The position numbers and the translations under genes are program-made. A DNA stretch of 64,000 nt from contig ADNK01000506.1 of assembly GCA_000320545.1 (NCBI GenBank), positions 62,001 through 126,000 on the forward strand. Reading direction: 5' to 3'. The notes beneath the pieces are model-generated. The model saw only the letters and a program-made list of their open reading frames with translations, was not told the DNA's origin and made no database searches. Origin of the DNA: Bigelowiella natans CCMP2755. Its lineage: Eukaryota > Protista > Cercozoa. The stretch's first letter is position 1; every line of letters begins with the position of its first letter. Shown here piece by piece: positions 26,024 to 44,344 of the stretch.

Positions 26024-28013
26024 TGAAGAAGTAGAACATACGTATGGCCAATGAGAGTTTCATATCCCATTGCTTGATCCATGCTGTAATCTCTATACAT
26101 CAACCTAGTAGTAGTAGGAGATAATAAGCATAACAATCATTAGAAGAAGAAGAAGAAGAAGAAAAAGAAGAAAAAAGAAGAAAAATCCTGTTGTTGTTGT
26201 TGTTGTTGTCGCTATCGTTGTTATTTTTGGTCTTAGTTGTGATGACTCTTATGCCTACTACTAGTAGTAGTAGCACTACTACTACTTGCACTACTTTTCG
26301 TTGATGAGAACGACATCGTTGACATTTTGTATGCTCTCTGGGAAGATCGTCATATCGACCTGAGAGCAGAAATGGGCAATATTCGTTACAACTCATGATG
26401 ATGCAAACAGTATTGTTATTAGTATCATTACTATTGTTCCCACTATCATCAAGGAATAATAATCAGATTTATCCGAAATGAGAGTTGTTCTTCTTCTTCT
26501 TCTTTTCTACTCCTCCTCTGAGTGGTAGTTATTACGTTTTCAAATGCCCTGAGAACATCCCACCATCTCTTCCGTATATCCATACACACAACAGACATCG
26601 ATTCTGGATCAATATACACTTCTGTGATGTAACCCAAACGGCTCCCTGATTTACTGCTTATAACCTACGACCACAACAACGACGTACAAGATTGAGAACT
26701 ATAAATCATAGGATGTGACGATGGATGCTGCTACTGATATTGAGACACTACGGGTGGAAACTGATGATAGTTGAGATGATGGTATTAGATAATAATAACA
26801 CCTGTTTGTTAAGAAGCTCTGAAACTGAGAAAATTTGCTCATCATTGTCAGTTTGATGATAATAGCCGTCGTTGTCGTTGTAGTAGTCCTCTTGAATTAG
26901 GCCTCTTTGTTCTCTGTATTGCGTCCTTTCAACGCCACTCCCCTTCTTGTAATTAGTTGCTTTTCCAGCACCGCTACCGATAGGGAATGGAGGACTCGGC
27001 ATATCTGGTGGAGGGGGTGGTGGCTGCTGTTGCGGTACTACTTGCCCCTCCTCTTGTTGTGGCTGCTGCTGCTGCTGCTGCTGCCTCCTTTTGGGGGGGG
27101 GAGGGTCGATTTCCCATTTACCCTTCCTCCTGTTGATTAATTCTCTGCTGCTGTGCGAAGGAGATAGCGGGGGTGGTGGTGGCTGCTGGTTCTTCTTCTT
27201 GTGATCAGATAGAGCTCCTCCTCCTAACCCCCCTCCTTCACTTTGATCATCATCAAAAGGGGACAATCGTTTTGCGCGTTGTTCAGTGTTTGCGTCATTG
27301 CCTTTTGAATAAAGATGATGATTGTCCGAATAATCCACAGCTGTACTTGCTGCTGCTACCGTTGTTGGTCCTCCTCCTCCTTGACCCAAAAATTGATGAG
27401 TATTCACATCTTTGTACTGATTGCCGTCGACTTCAAATGAAACCGCGCCCTGCTCTTTGGCTATCCTTCCACCCATCAACGAAGAAGACTCCGCCATTCT
27501 TCGATTTTGAAAATTTGGTGTTGATCTCCGCCACTTTCTCCAACTGAACCTTCTTAATCTTTCGTGTGATATCAATTGAGATGAAGAGGGGGGACATAAT
27601 GGATGCACAGCTCTTGGAAAAGCAATGCTATGGCTCAGAAATGGAGATGACGGTGTTGGAAGATGTGATCGGGAATGAGGGTGTAGAGCTGTTTTTCTGG
27701 GTGGTGTGCAATGCATTGCAGCTGGAAGATTGATGTGACGGCATGATGATGATGGTGAAATATGTGTTTTAAAATGGGGGGGGATGCCTATGCTAGTGAT
27801 GGTCATGGGGGCAAAGATTCCTTGAATAATGTGGATTGTAGAAGAAGAAAATGATGACGATGATGATCTAGCACTGGGGACAAGGATTAGAAGAAAAAGG
27901 CAACAGCAAATTGAAAGCGCCATCAATCCTAGCTGCTGTCGAACTCGACGGCGATGACGACAACGACGCGAAAGCAGGTCGCAATGTATAGACGATGGTG
28001 GATGGTGACGCAT
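23514..28013 (-). CDS. PRC-barrel domain protein with bipartite (signal + transit-like) presequence, probably plastid-targeted
   Basis: MRHHPP...RRCRHRRRVRQQLGLMALSICCCLFLLILVPSA, then a Ser/Arg-rich region; SELLNKQVISSKSGSRLGYITEVYIDP; second barrel VVGISGFEGRVRDFLFDKSSAKIRRIRFD; low-complexity C-terminus. The 28079 start in the ORF track is GTG, so the first ATG (28013) was used. Confidence 0.7.
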
Positions 28014-28263
28014 GATTGACGAAGACGATTGCTGTAAATGAATGTGGTGGTGGAAGGAGCTTGGCGAAGAGGGCCCCACTCGCTCTTTTTAAGTGAGTGA
28101 GTGAGTGAGTGGGGTACTGTGGAAGAGGGACTGGTTGTGTGAGGGAATATAGACACTTTTTTAAGGCGAAAACATCAAATAAAATCTTTGACAATGCGAT
28201 CTGATTCATCATGATGATATGGCCTTCCTGCTCATGATGAGGCCATTGTGCATTTCGGAAATA

Positions 28264-29285
28264 TCTGAAAAATCATGACGACGAAAATGTCATGAATCCC
28301 CTGGCCAAGAGTTTTGCTCTGTCAAGACCAGAGTCTTGCTCGGCGCCCCCTCGGTCATCCCCAACGTTGATCTCCGTGTGGGCATGGCTGTCAGGAAGTT
28401 CCTGGTCAGGGTGGATGCTTTGCGTCGTCGTCATTTGACTGCTAGTTGTGATGCATTCAATGTTCAGTTCGTGCCAATTTGCATGAACCCCGCTAGTTTG
28501 CTAGTCAGTGCTCACTGAAGCCAGTTCAAGGCACTGCATTTCGCACATTGCAAGTGTCTTGTCACACTTTGGAAGTGTGGTTTTTCATCATTGTTCTCAT
28601 TGTTCTCATTGAAGAATCCTGGGTTGCTTTTGTCCTGGGAGGGGGAGGTGGGTGTTTTGTGATGAGCGCAAAGCAATGGGCCCAATGATGATGCTGGTGT
28701 TTGAAGCAATCAAGAGCACTCATCCCACCTTTTCTTTCACAGTTGCAACAGGCAGCAGCCAAAATTATCATGCGATCGATGACGAGAACGTGCACCTCTA
28801 GACCTTTGGGTCTTTCATCACAGTGCTGTTGCTCACGTGCAGTGCCAGAGTGGTGCACACGTTGAAGAAAGTTCGCGAAGGTTGAGGTGTTGTCAAGCAG
28901 GGTGCACGCATGCAATGTGCACATCAAAAACATGTGAGGAAATTGCGTCTCTTTGAATGCACTTGCTTGACTGCTTGACTGCTTGACTGCTTCACTGCGA
29001 GGATTCCTTCACAAGTGTCGATGCGATCTGGCCGCGGATCATCAATGCAAGCAAATCAAGTGAAACCTCGCAGTGTTTGCACGTTCCAGCACACATGTGA
29101 TGGCATCATTGTTGCTGGAATGCAACGGTGATGGCCATTTAGCTAGGAATCGCAGAAGCCCCGCAGCCGCCGCATCTAGAAATGAATCCCATCGCTGCAC
29201 ATGCACTGGCACAGCCAGGCATGTCACCACAGATGGTTCAAGTTCAGAAGTGTCCATGGCCGGTTTCATCTGCGCGTGAATCTTG
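28264..29285. other. Extreme TpA-depleted intergenic island
   Basis: Manual count: 8 TA in ~1020 bp, 6 of them in CTAG. Confidence 0.9.
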
Positions 29286-29597
29286 TAAACATTGCGAAAT
29301 GTGCATGTCGCAAGAGCTTTACATGGGTGACACCGTCACATAGCATGACATCAACTGCTGCAAGTGCTGAATGAACATGTGCAGCATGCAGTGCTGCTGC
29401 ATGCACAGACTTTGACTCAGCTGTGCTGCAAATTACATGTGTGTTCTTAGCACACTAGCACATGCATGCCAACAACACTTAGTTGCTCTGAAATCTCATC
29501 CCGGAGTTTGGACAAGCTTCATGTAATGAAATTACACATATGTATTTCTCTCCAAACACATGCGGGGACTGAAATTATTACTGCCTCAATAAACTGT

Positions 29598-34605
<5,008 letters not shown>

Positions 34606-35179
34606 GTTTAAAAAGCAGCCTTAGGTACAATCATTTCGTTAAGTCTGGACCAATTATCCGCATAATGGACAGGTGTTACCAGTTAAATTGAACGATGGTT
34701 AACAGAGGCAGGTTATTGTTGGTTGATCCCCCCCTCCTCTTCGTGAGCTTTCTTCTTATTCTCCGAAATAATTTACCAAATATCCTACAACCCATCAACA
34801 AATCCAAGTCGCACTTGCGAATATGCATTCAATTTCCCACAATATTCATCTTTACGTTAATGTCGTAACATGCAAATACTCTAGATCTACTGAAATCCGT
34901 CCATGGAAATTAATACCGGTACCAGACGACACTCCGAATCCGAGGTTTTTACCCAAATGAGGCTGTCGAGATATCCAAATGGATATTTTCCTGGAAAGGG
35001 GGGTATTTTTCCATATTGAGAAAGGAAGAGCGAAGTGAGAGGTGCAGCAGCAGCAGCAAGCAGATTTAGCTACGCAACAGTGAATTGCAGAATTCAACTG
35101 TGCCAACAGTCATCAGGAAAACTTCAATCAGTACCACTACTTTCCACTTTCTACACACCTACTACGACAGACGAGAAGA

Positions 35180-36607
35180 ATGGAGTCCGCACTCCGCAGG
35201 ATGGTTAGACTGGTACCCACTGGGGCAAGGCTATCAAATCCGACATCAAGATCATCTACAATCATAAGTTCCAAAGTATTCCCAACGATGTCACTCCAAA
35301 ACAGCTTCCAGTCATTTTTCTCAACAAATCTCCAAAAAACAGAGGCACCACCATCCCTCCCAGAAAAGGTTCAGCTTTCGATCCATGGCCAAAAACATCG
35401 AAATAACGTTTACATAAACTGTTTCAAATTAGCCCTGGATTTCAAAAGCAACGCGTGATTTCTCAGAAGCGAAGTCCACAAACCTTCCTGTATCCGCAAG
35501 AAAGCTGAACGATATTGCACGACCTGTAATACATTAAATGATGTTCGTGATAACTCATGGAGCTCAAAAACTGAACGACCATTGTACGCCCTCCCATTAC
35601 GATCATCATTCAATTAATACCGGCCTTAGGTACGCGGTCTAAGCTGCGACGAGGCTATAATCCAACTGAAGTTATCCCCAAAGCCAAAGTCCAGCTTTGT
35701 CTCCAGATTAATCCAGGTTGTTGTTTTTGTTGTTGTTGTTGGTGGTGGTGGTGGTGGTGGTGGTGGTGGGAGTTCTACTTTCCCCCCCAAGGATGCGGTG
35801 TGAGATATTAAATAATCAGAACGCGAAAAACAATGGCATTCATAACTTCAACATGGATCCGGACCGCTTGTATGTAGGTACTACAGCAGAGCTGCATATT
35901 ATATTTTTTATCATACGATTGATTGCTTGCCAGCTGCATCAGTCCTAAAATTATGAATTTATGATAGCGGAAATACAAGTGGGAAAGGGTCAGCAGGCTA
36001 AGAAACTACGGTACCACGGCAGAGGTATTAGCATTGTATTTTAAAGTAACTTTGTGCTAGAATTGAGTTCTGGTTTATGAAGTAAAGAACCGTAGATAGC
36101 GGAACAATAACAAGTCTGAATATGGACGCAAGAAGGTAGTAGATGATACCGTTACATTCGTAGGTCGCATGGGAATTATGACACGATACAGATCCCACTT
36201 GAAGGTAATAGCACCATAACAATGAACAATGAACATGAAAATTCGAAGAGACCTGATAGTTACAATGCAACTGAAACCAGGTGAAAGTCATGGAGCAGCC
36301 TTGGCAAGAGGGAGAGGTATTTGAATCAGATTCGTTGTATTTCGTTATAATAGTAATAAAGGCGAATGATAAATACGATGAATGATAGATTCGAATTGGA
36401 AGACGTGGCCGGCGTATATCAGTGATAAAGGATCTGAAAAAGCGTCATGAGGAGGTGAATAGATAATGTTTCGAGTATCATCTACATGTCCAATTTTACT
36501 TTAAAACCTGAGATCGAATAAAATTGTTATTTTGTTGTATCTCTATGAAGGCAAATGAAAAATATGCTGATATTCTGGAGGATTTTGGCATTGAAGATGA
36601 GGATTAG
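35180..36607 (+). CDS. MRPL22: Mitochondrial ribosomal protein uL22
   Basis: Presequence MESALRRMVRL; spliced SARKLNDIARP|VRGLSCDEAIIQLKLSPK...NAKNNGIHNFNMDPDRLYV|AEIQVGKG...RYHGRGRMGIMTRYRSHLKVKV. Confidence 0.88.
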
Positions 36608-37501
36608 ATCTGCATGATGCAAACCGAGTAAAGTAGTAGTCATTTCTTCTGAACTAGCATCGCACTCTAGGTACATCCAAACTACTCATGCAAAGTTGCA
36701 CACCCCCTAGTTGCTGCCACCTTTGATTGCGTTCAATCCTTGCTCTTTGAAGCTTTGGATTACGTTAACAAGATTGAACTCCCTCTTATCCGCACGTGCT
36801 CTGCATCGCATTTCTTTCCTATGTACTCACTTTAGTGTTAGTTACATGCAGGCTGCAAATGATTCATTAATGATGATGAGACGCCATTGCACAGTGGCTA
36901 AACATGCATCATGCCACAGTGACTCGATCACATAGTGTATCGTCATTTCAAGTGGAATGGAGTGCGCGCAATGAATCAATGAGCATGAAGCGTAGCTTTG
37001 TGAGCTAGCATCGCAAACACACAAGGACCGTTGACCTAGCTCTGGAGCTGACATCTTGCCAATTGCATCTTGCGATGCAATGATGCTGTTGCAGATGCAC
37101 CTAACAGCTCTAGAGCTAGCGCATGCATGCTGGCATGCTAGCATAGCCTGTCGCATCATGGACAGCACGTTTTGATGCACATGTCATCATGCACGCTTCG
37201 GAGCACACTGCACACAATTAGAAGATGCAATGAACACGAGGCACAGCATTTTTTCCATCCGAAGTCTTTGATGACAAAAGGCACGGCATTTTTAGCTGAC
37301 GTCAGGTGTAAAAGCGGGAAAAAGGGAGGCGATTCTCCCTCATCACCCATCCACATCCTTCCTCACTTGATCAGTGTGCAAGCCGAGTCATCATCTATTA
37401 GTCACCCAGTAGCACCGTGATCTCTCTCTACCTACTACTCCTCCCCTGCTCTGTAGCAGCTAGGTAGGTAGGAAGGAGGAAAACACCAGAAAACCAAATC
37501 G

Positions 37502-38679
37502 ATGATCCCCCAAGATATAGATTCTAAGAAGCCATCCCCAGGGCCCCTACACCATCCAAAAGCCTTCAAAGGCTACTATCAACAACACTCAGAAGATGTT
37601 GATGATGAGGACGATGACCAGCAACGAGGAAGAAGTACCAGCATTTCCCCCTCCAATATCACTTCAAGTGCCATATTCTCCATTGTGTGCATCTGCGCCA
37701 CATTGGGATCTGGGTAAAACATCTACTACTAAACATTGTATTAGCATATCAGGAAACACAGTGTACTTTGTTTGCATCACTTGATCGTCGTCGTGCTAAT
37801 GTAGCTGTGTGTTGGTGATATGCAGAGGCCTCATCATTGGTGTAGGACCATTCATCGAACGCATGGTGAAGGACGGGTAAGAATGAAGGAGTTGGATTTG
37901 TCTTCTAGTGATAATAGTAGTAGCAGCAGCAGTAGTAGTGTAGTGCGAAACAGTGTGCCTCCTCCCCATCTTCATCCGGACAATCAAAGGTATTTTGCGG
38001 ATCGGTGTGATGGTGAGGATACGGGATGTCCAGCCCAGGTATTATTATTCCAGCATGCATTCGTGCAGTGTTACCGTTCACTACTTTCTGTATGTACTAC
38101 TACTTTTTGCCGCTGAGAGGAGGCTAATAGATTATTATTATTCCAATAAACCTATAGTGTGATCAGAAACACAACAGGCTAATACTCATTAATTCTGTTA
38201 CCGTAATAATCGGCATAAATGTTAGTGAAGGGAGTGGTCCTTAGCACATAGTTAGTATTTATCGAATAAAGTGATCGTGATGATCTCGATTGTACTGATT
38301 GTTTGTAGTACGATGCAATGAATCCCATATTCAACGGTGGGTTCCAGATCATGACCTGGTACTTAATAATAATATCTTTTAAGTATAATCGTACGATGGC
38401 AATCACGATCTATATAGAGGAATCTACCGTAAAATTCGGAAATGATGCACTCTGGTGTGTTATAACTGATATTCAAACGTACTCGTAGTAATATGTATTC
38501 AAATGTTGTTGCACTCATGTGTATTCAAATGTTGTTTCAGTCATGTGTATTCAAATGTTGTTGTAATGATATGTTACGCAGGGCAACGTGTTTAGCTGGC
38601 CTTTGCCTGAACACTTGGGGGTAGTAGATGTAGTAGTAGTAGCAGCGAACATTTCAAATCAAACTTATTATCACACACA

Positions 38680-38721
<42 letters not shown>

Positions 38722-39429
38722 ACATGTTTTATAATATATATATATATATATATATAATATTAATATGTATGGTACAAAGAATACAATTATGTATACTAGT
38801 TTGTTATAGTTCTTTGGATATTTAATTCGTTTTTTGAAACTGCTTCTCATAGGTTTTTTTTTTTCCCGTAGTAATTTCAGCTTGTATTTTTACCATAATG
38901 ATTTCCTTCATCTTCATGCACCATCATAATCAAAGAATATGCTTAATGATTCAGCCCAAGAGTAAATGCTGTTTTGGGATTACTTATACTGAGCGGCGGT
39001 TGTCGTATACTCGCTGTCGCAACCACAGGTAGTTGTTCTTCTTGTTGAGATAATGATGTGTAATACTGCAATGATGATTCTTCAAATAAGGGGACAAAGA
39101 AGAACCAAATCATGCCTAATATCCCCATATCTTTACATCAGTAGTCTTAAAATGCATCTTTTTGTGTTGATAAAGAAACGTATGTATGCTATGTAGACGA
39201 CGGAGCATATGTGTGGATGGTCGCCTATGGAATGATAGGAGCAGGGGGGAACTTCTTGTATATCTCCTCCTTTCACTTTGCAAATCTTTTCTCAGAAAGG
39301 TGGTGCATACAGCATCAAATAGCAGCAGAGAATGTACTTCTGCAGCAACCATGATGATTTGGTGGGAGGAGGAAGAAGAAGAAGAAGAAGAAGAAGAAGA
39401 CTACACCCATCACTTCTATGACTCTATGC

Positions 39430-39471
<42 letters not shown>

Positions 39472-39773
39472 TATCCTATCATCATCATCATCATCATCAT
39501 CACAAAGGGAGGTTCCAATCGGTCTGCTGGGAGGAATTTTCAATCTAAGTGGCCTCATTTTCATGGTCAGTGCTGCTGGTGTTGCTGCTTCAAGCAAACA
39601 AACATCACGACAATAATCAACAAGCACACAAACGAACAAGATGCTGCTGTGTTGATTGATTCTTTGATTAATTCTTCACCTATCATCCACCTTTGTTGCT
39701 TGAAAGTAAGTCTACTTATTACAACAAACCACTACTGCTCTACTGCGTTATATGCTTGTCATCGTCATCATCG

Positions 39774-39804
<31 letters not shown>

Positions 39805-40411
39805 TATCATCATGTTGAGTACTACTAAATACTACTAAATAAAACTAAATGTGAAGTGTCACACGATGTTGTTGGGCTGCTGCTACTGCTGCAAAATAAT
39901 AATAATAATGATGATAATAATGATAACATCCTAGGCACTCAATATCCCAGGATTGGATATTCACACTTTCTTTACAATGTAAGAAGAAGAAGAAGTAGAA
40001 GGAAAAAGAAGAAGACAACCATTTAATTACTAAACACATCGATGGATTCACTATCATGTTACAATGAAATATTAGCACCATCATCAACATCATCATCATC
40101 AGGTATTTCTACATTGGAATAGGACTAGCATGTTTGGTGATGGTGTTGTACCCTGATAAAGCGCTGCAACCAGGCGACGGGTAGTATATGTATTAGTAAT
40201 AGTAGTACAGAGTAGTACTGCTGCTGCTGCTGCTGCTACTACTACCTCTACTACATCCATTCTTGTGTTTGAATACCTCCTCTTTTTCTTCTTCTTTTTC
40301 TTCTTCTTCCTCCTCCTCTTCTTCCTTCATGATCAGATACCGTATTAAATGGCCAAGTATGAGTCACATAGATTGCTGCACTCCATGGAGAGGTGGTGGT
40401 CAACGATATGC

Positions 40412-40443
<32 letters not shown>

Positions 40444-40898
40444 TATGATCATTTGAAAATGGATTCTAATCTTAGAATTGTTCCAAGATGAGGTGACGGA
40501 GAGTATTTCATCACGAAGATTCATCTATTTCTCTATTCTCTTTGGGTGGTGTACGATGGTGAACGTCGTCATTGGAGGGCTGATGGCTACTCTCTCTGCG
40601 TCCAAATCCAACGATGAGAAGCATGTTACTCTTTTCAACGGGTAGTAGTGATTATGGATATTGATGATGATGATGATGATGAGAATTACTGAATAGCACT
40701 TATTCTATCTTTCCTCCTTCTCACACCTCACAGTAATCAAATGACCGAATATGTTGTTATGATGGTGAAGATTGATTGATTGATTGATGACCTGGTATGA
40801 TAATAACGACGGATATTCTCAAGATACGTGTACCCAGCTGTAGGGAACTCTACATTCCTATTCACTCCGTTCGTGGGGTATCTCATACAAAAGGTGGG

Positions 40899-40933
<35 letters not shown>

Positions 40934-41251
40934 TATTCTGTGTGAGAGAGGGGGGGGGGGGGGCAAGTGAACATAAATAAAACATAATTAGATCTACGAT
41001 GGCAGTTATTGATACGATTGGGTGACAAATCAATTTTAGTAATAATAATCATCATCATCATTATCATTTTTATTATTCCAGACTGGATTCTCGTTGTCGA
41101 TGCTATGTAACGTCATCGTAACACAGGTGCTGGTGGTGCTACTAGATATAATAATAACAAATTATAGACTTGTTCTTATCGTCGTATCCTGAATATTAGC
41201 TGTAGAGAGTCAGTCATAGTAATTATGCTTCTATCAAACATGATGATGGAA

Positions 41252-41290
<39 letters not shown>

Positions 41291-41376
41291 AACGTTGTTT
41301 GGATGTTGTTCCTTACTATACTCGAGAGGGTAAACACGTCGTCGTGATTTTTATAGTCATCGTCATCAGCACCATC

Positions 41377-41408
<32 letters not shown>

Positions 41409-42229
41409 TATGACTCAACAAACACACGGCTGCATATTATCATTTTTATCCAAGCTAATAAGCAGCTACTTCTATGGATATCTACATCAGATTTGCATTG
41501 CATTGTGCTGGTTACCGACTCTTTACTCACAGTATGTTATGCTCGTGTTCTTCAATCTCATACAGGTGATAAATGATGATGATCATCATCATCATCATTA
41601 AGTCCCCCGTTATTGCTACTAATTACATGTGTTGTCATCATCAGGCTTTTGCATACACCATGGAGTTCACATACATTCAAGTAGTCATAAATATAATATA
41701 TACACCATGGAGTTCACATACATTCAAGTAGTCATAAATATAATATATGTATATGTAAATATATATAAAATATATACATGATGATGATTTATAAATATAT
41801 TAATTAAATGTATTCATGAGTGTTAGGGATAACGGGTGTAAAAGAGGGAGGTTAATTGACTGATTGTAGCACTAGCAGTATGACTAGTCACTATCATATA
41901 TCTGGCTACTACCATTGAGCAATCAATAATGAATGCTGTGCTATCTTCGTATCCTCGATGAACTATATCATGCTACCACTACTATTGCCGACTTATTATT
42001 TATTCATTCATTTCTCCCCACACATCATACCAAAAACAATCAAGCGATGATGATGATGATGATGATGTTTATTAATGTCAGTTAACTTATCCTCCTCAAT
42101 TATACGGCCCTTTGATTGCATTCGTCGTAGCATTCCAGGTGCCATCCTGTTGTTGAACAATTAAATCAAGAATACTAATTATGTGCTGCTTGCTTTATGT
42201 ATTAAATTATTAATGCATGTGAAAATTCT

Positions 42230-42267
<38 letters not shown>

Positions 42268-42602
42268 TCTATAATTGTTATTGTTAGGGTGTGATAGGGC
42301 TGATTGCATGGCCTGGGTTAAGTCCAAATCCTTTTGGAGCGACTGCATTCACCCCTGTTTTGCTTATCTGCTTGGTATATCAGCACCACCACCACCACCA
42401 CCACCAGCAGCAGCAGCCCTCTATTGTGCTCCCCCTCCTCCTCCTCCTCCTCCTCCTCCTCCTCCGCTCGTTATTTATTAAAGATCATTCAATACAGTAC
42501 ATCTAGTACTAAATCTACTACTACTACTTAGACAGATGGACACATAGTAGTGGAACACCTAGAGAATATTCTCAATAGGTGAGGACGTTACCTCCAGCTT
42601 AA

Positions 42603-42646
<44 letters not shown>

Positions 42647-42745
42647 TCTGTTCCTATTCTATAGATACCATCGTTCCTTCTATATTATGTAGCTTGGCAT
42701 CAAAAACAATACGATGATGCTGCAAAGCAAGTGGTGTTGGGCAAG

Positions 42746-42777
<32 letters not shown>

Positions 42778-43043
42778 TCCGATTATCCTCTTCGCTGTGT
42801 TAGGACTATCCCTCACCAATATTGAGAACAGCCCAATTCATCATTATCATCGTCATCATCATCATAATCATCCGACGAATTACCTTTGATTAATGATCCG
42901 AACAGGTTGTAAACGGGTCATCACCAACTAGCAAAGAGCGCCTATCTCAGATGGTAGGAGAACAAGAACAACAAGAACAAGAGTCGTCAGAAACAACATA
43001 CACGTTGCAATCCCAGCAGCAGGACCTACTTCAAGGTAAATAA
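37502..43043 (+). CDS. MFS transporter, SLC43/FMP42-like
   Basis: Multiple hydrophobic exons: CATLGSGLIIG, AGLCLNTWGPRVNAVLG, TFLFTPFVGYLI, LPTLYSQYVMLVFF, AFAYTMEFTYIQ, YPPQLYGPLI and GLIAWPGL; ends DLLQGK*. Confidence 0.65.
38493..38563 (+). repeat. Intronic minisatellite, three copies of a ~26-bp unit
   Basis: gtattcaaatgttgtt core repeated three times. Confidence 0.8.
41654..41747 (+). repeat. Perfect 47-bp tandem duplication spanning a splice donor in the MFS gene
   Basis: tacaccatggagttcacatacattcaa|gtagtcataaatataatata occurs twice. Confidence 0.9.
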
Positions 43044-43919
43044 CATGGAATGACAAATGAGACTTTCATCAGTATGGGTGTAGGCATTAAGAACAACCGC
43101 TTTGTTCCTAGCTTGCTTCAGTGCGAGATATCATCACGAGCAGCTCTGAATACAATGTGTAAGACGGATGTGATGAAGTGATTAAATCTTTTCAATAGTC
43201 GTCCTAATGTAGCTATGCAAAGCAGCAGCTACAGCGCTTACGTTGTGTCCGCAATGTGCATGTACATGGTGACATGTTCTGCGTTTGTTCATTTTTCTCC
43301 ACATGCGTGCATGTATGCATGTACGAACGTACCGCTTCGATCAGGACTAGAGGATAAGCACTACAACCGCACATCCTAATAACCTGCCTGAGTCCTCGCT
43401 CTTTGCATTACCTCACTCTGTCTAGCTAGCTAGCTGTGCGTACGTCCTCTAGAAGTGCGTCATGTTGCAATGTGTCTGTCAACCAAATAAGCATCATTCT
43501 TATACATCAGCTAGCTGCCCTACTCCTGCTAGCCTGGTGTACGTACATTACGCATTGGACTGTGAATGCATGGTAAATGACATAAATCGCTCTACCATGC
43601 AACACGCGCATGCTAGCATATGATCGATGGTTATGATATGCTCATATGCATCACGCTAGCACGTTGCTAGGCAATTCGCTCACTAATTAGCTTACACTTC
43701 ATACATGTGTATGTAGCTGCTATGACAGTCTAACTTTCTAGACTTTTTACTTGGAGCAATAAAGCATCATATTCATAGCGCTGTGGAATCAGGTGCAACA
43801 ATGATACATTGCTAGATTGTGACGTCGTGAATTTAGGTCTTGGAAAATCAACATTTGATAAAAGCAATGCTCGTACACATGCCATGTCTGTTATTAGTAT
43901 GAAGCAGAATAAGTGTTGT

Positions 43920-44313
43920 TTAGTCTTTGATCCCTAACTCATGCCATTTAATTGCCCTCAGGCGCCACTTTTCAGTCTGCAGATTCAAAACCTGATGCCA
44001 TGCAATATGTGTGTAACTAAACTTTTTCTAATAAGTGTTTGACTTTGAGTAAACCTCATCGAAAGAATCTCCCCATCCTTCATATTTAACGAGAACAAAA
44101 GAACCATCCCAACGCTTATCGTGCTTTCGAAAAATCCTTCTTACACATACCTAAAAGCAGATATTATAAGTAATAATACGTGGCAGCAGACACTACATAA
44201 GATTCTCGTAGCTGTTGAGAGATAGTAAGAGGGAGAACCATAATAATGCTACCCTTTTCCAACTTCCAAGGGCTTTATCATAGCATAAACCGTCTGTAGT
44301 CTTAGCAACTTTG

Positions 44314-44344
<31 letters not shown>

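Noticed and set aside
28336-29279. Several overlapping ORFs (e.g. 28562-28933) as genes or TE proteins
   Set aside because: They are Tyr-free and Cys/His-rich with no recognisable motif, and are explained by loss of TAA/TAG in the TpA-depleted island.
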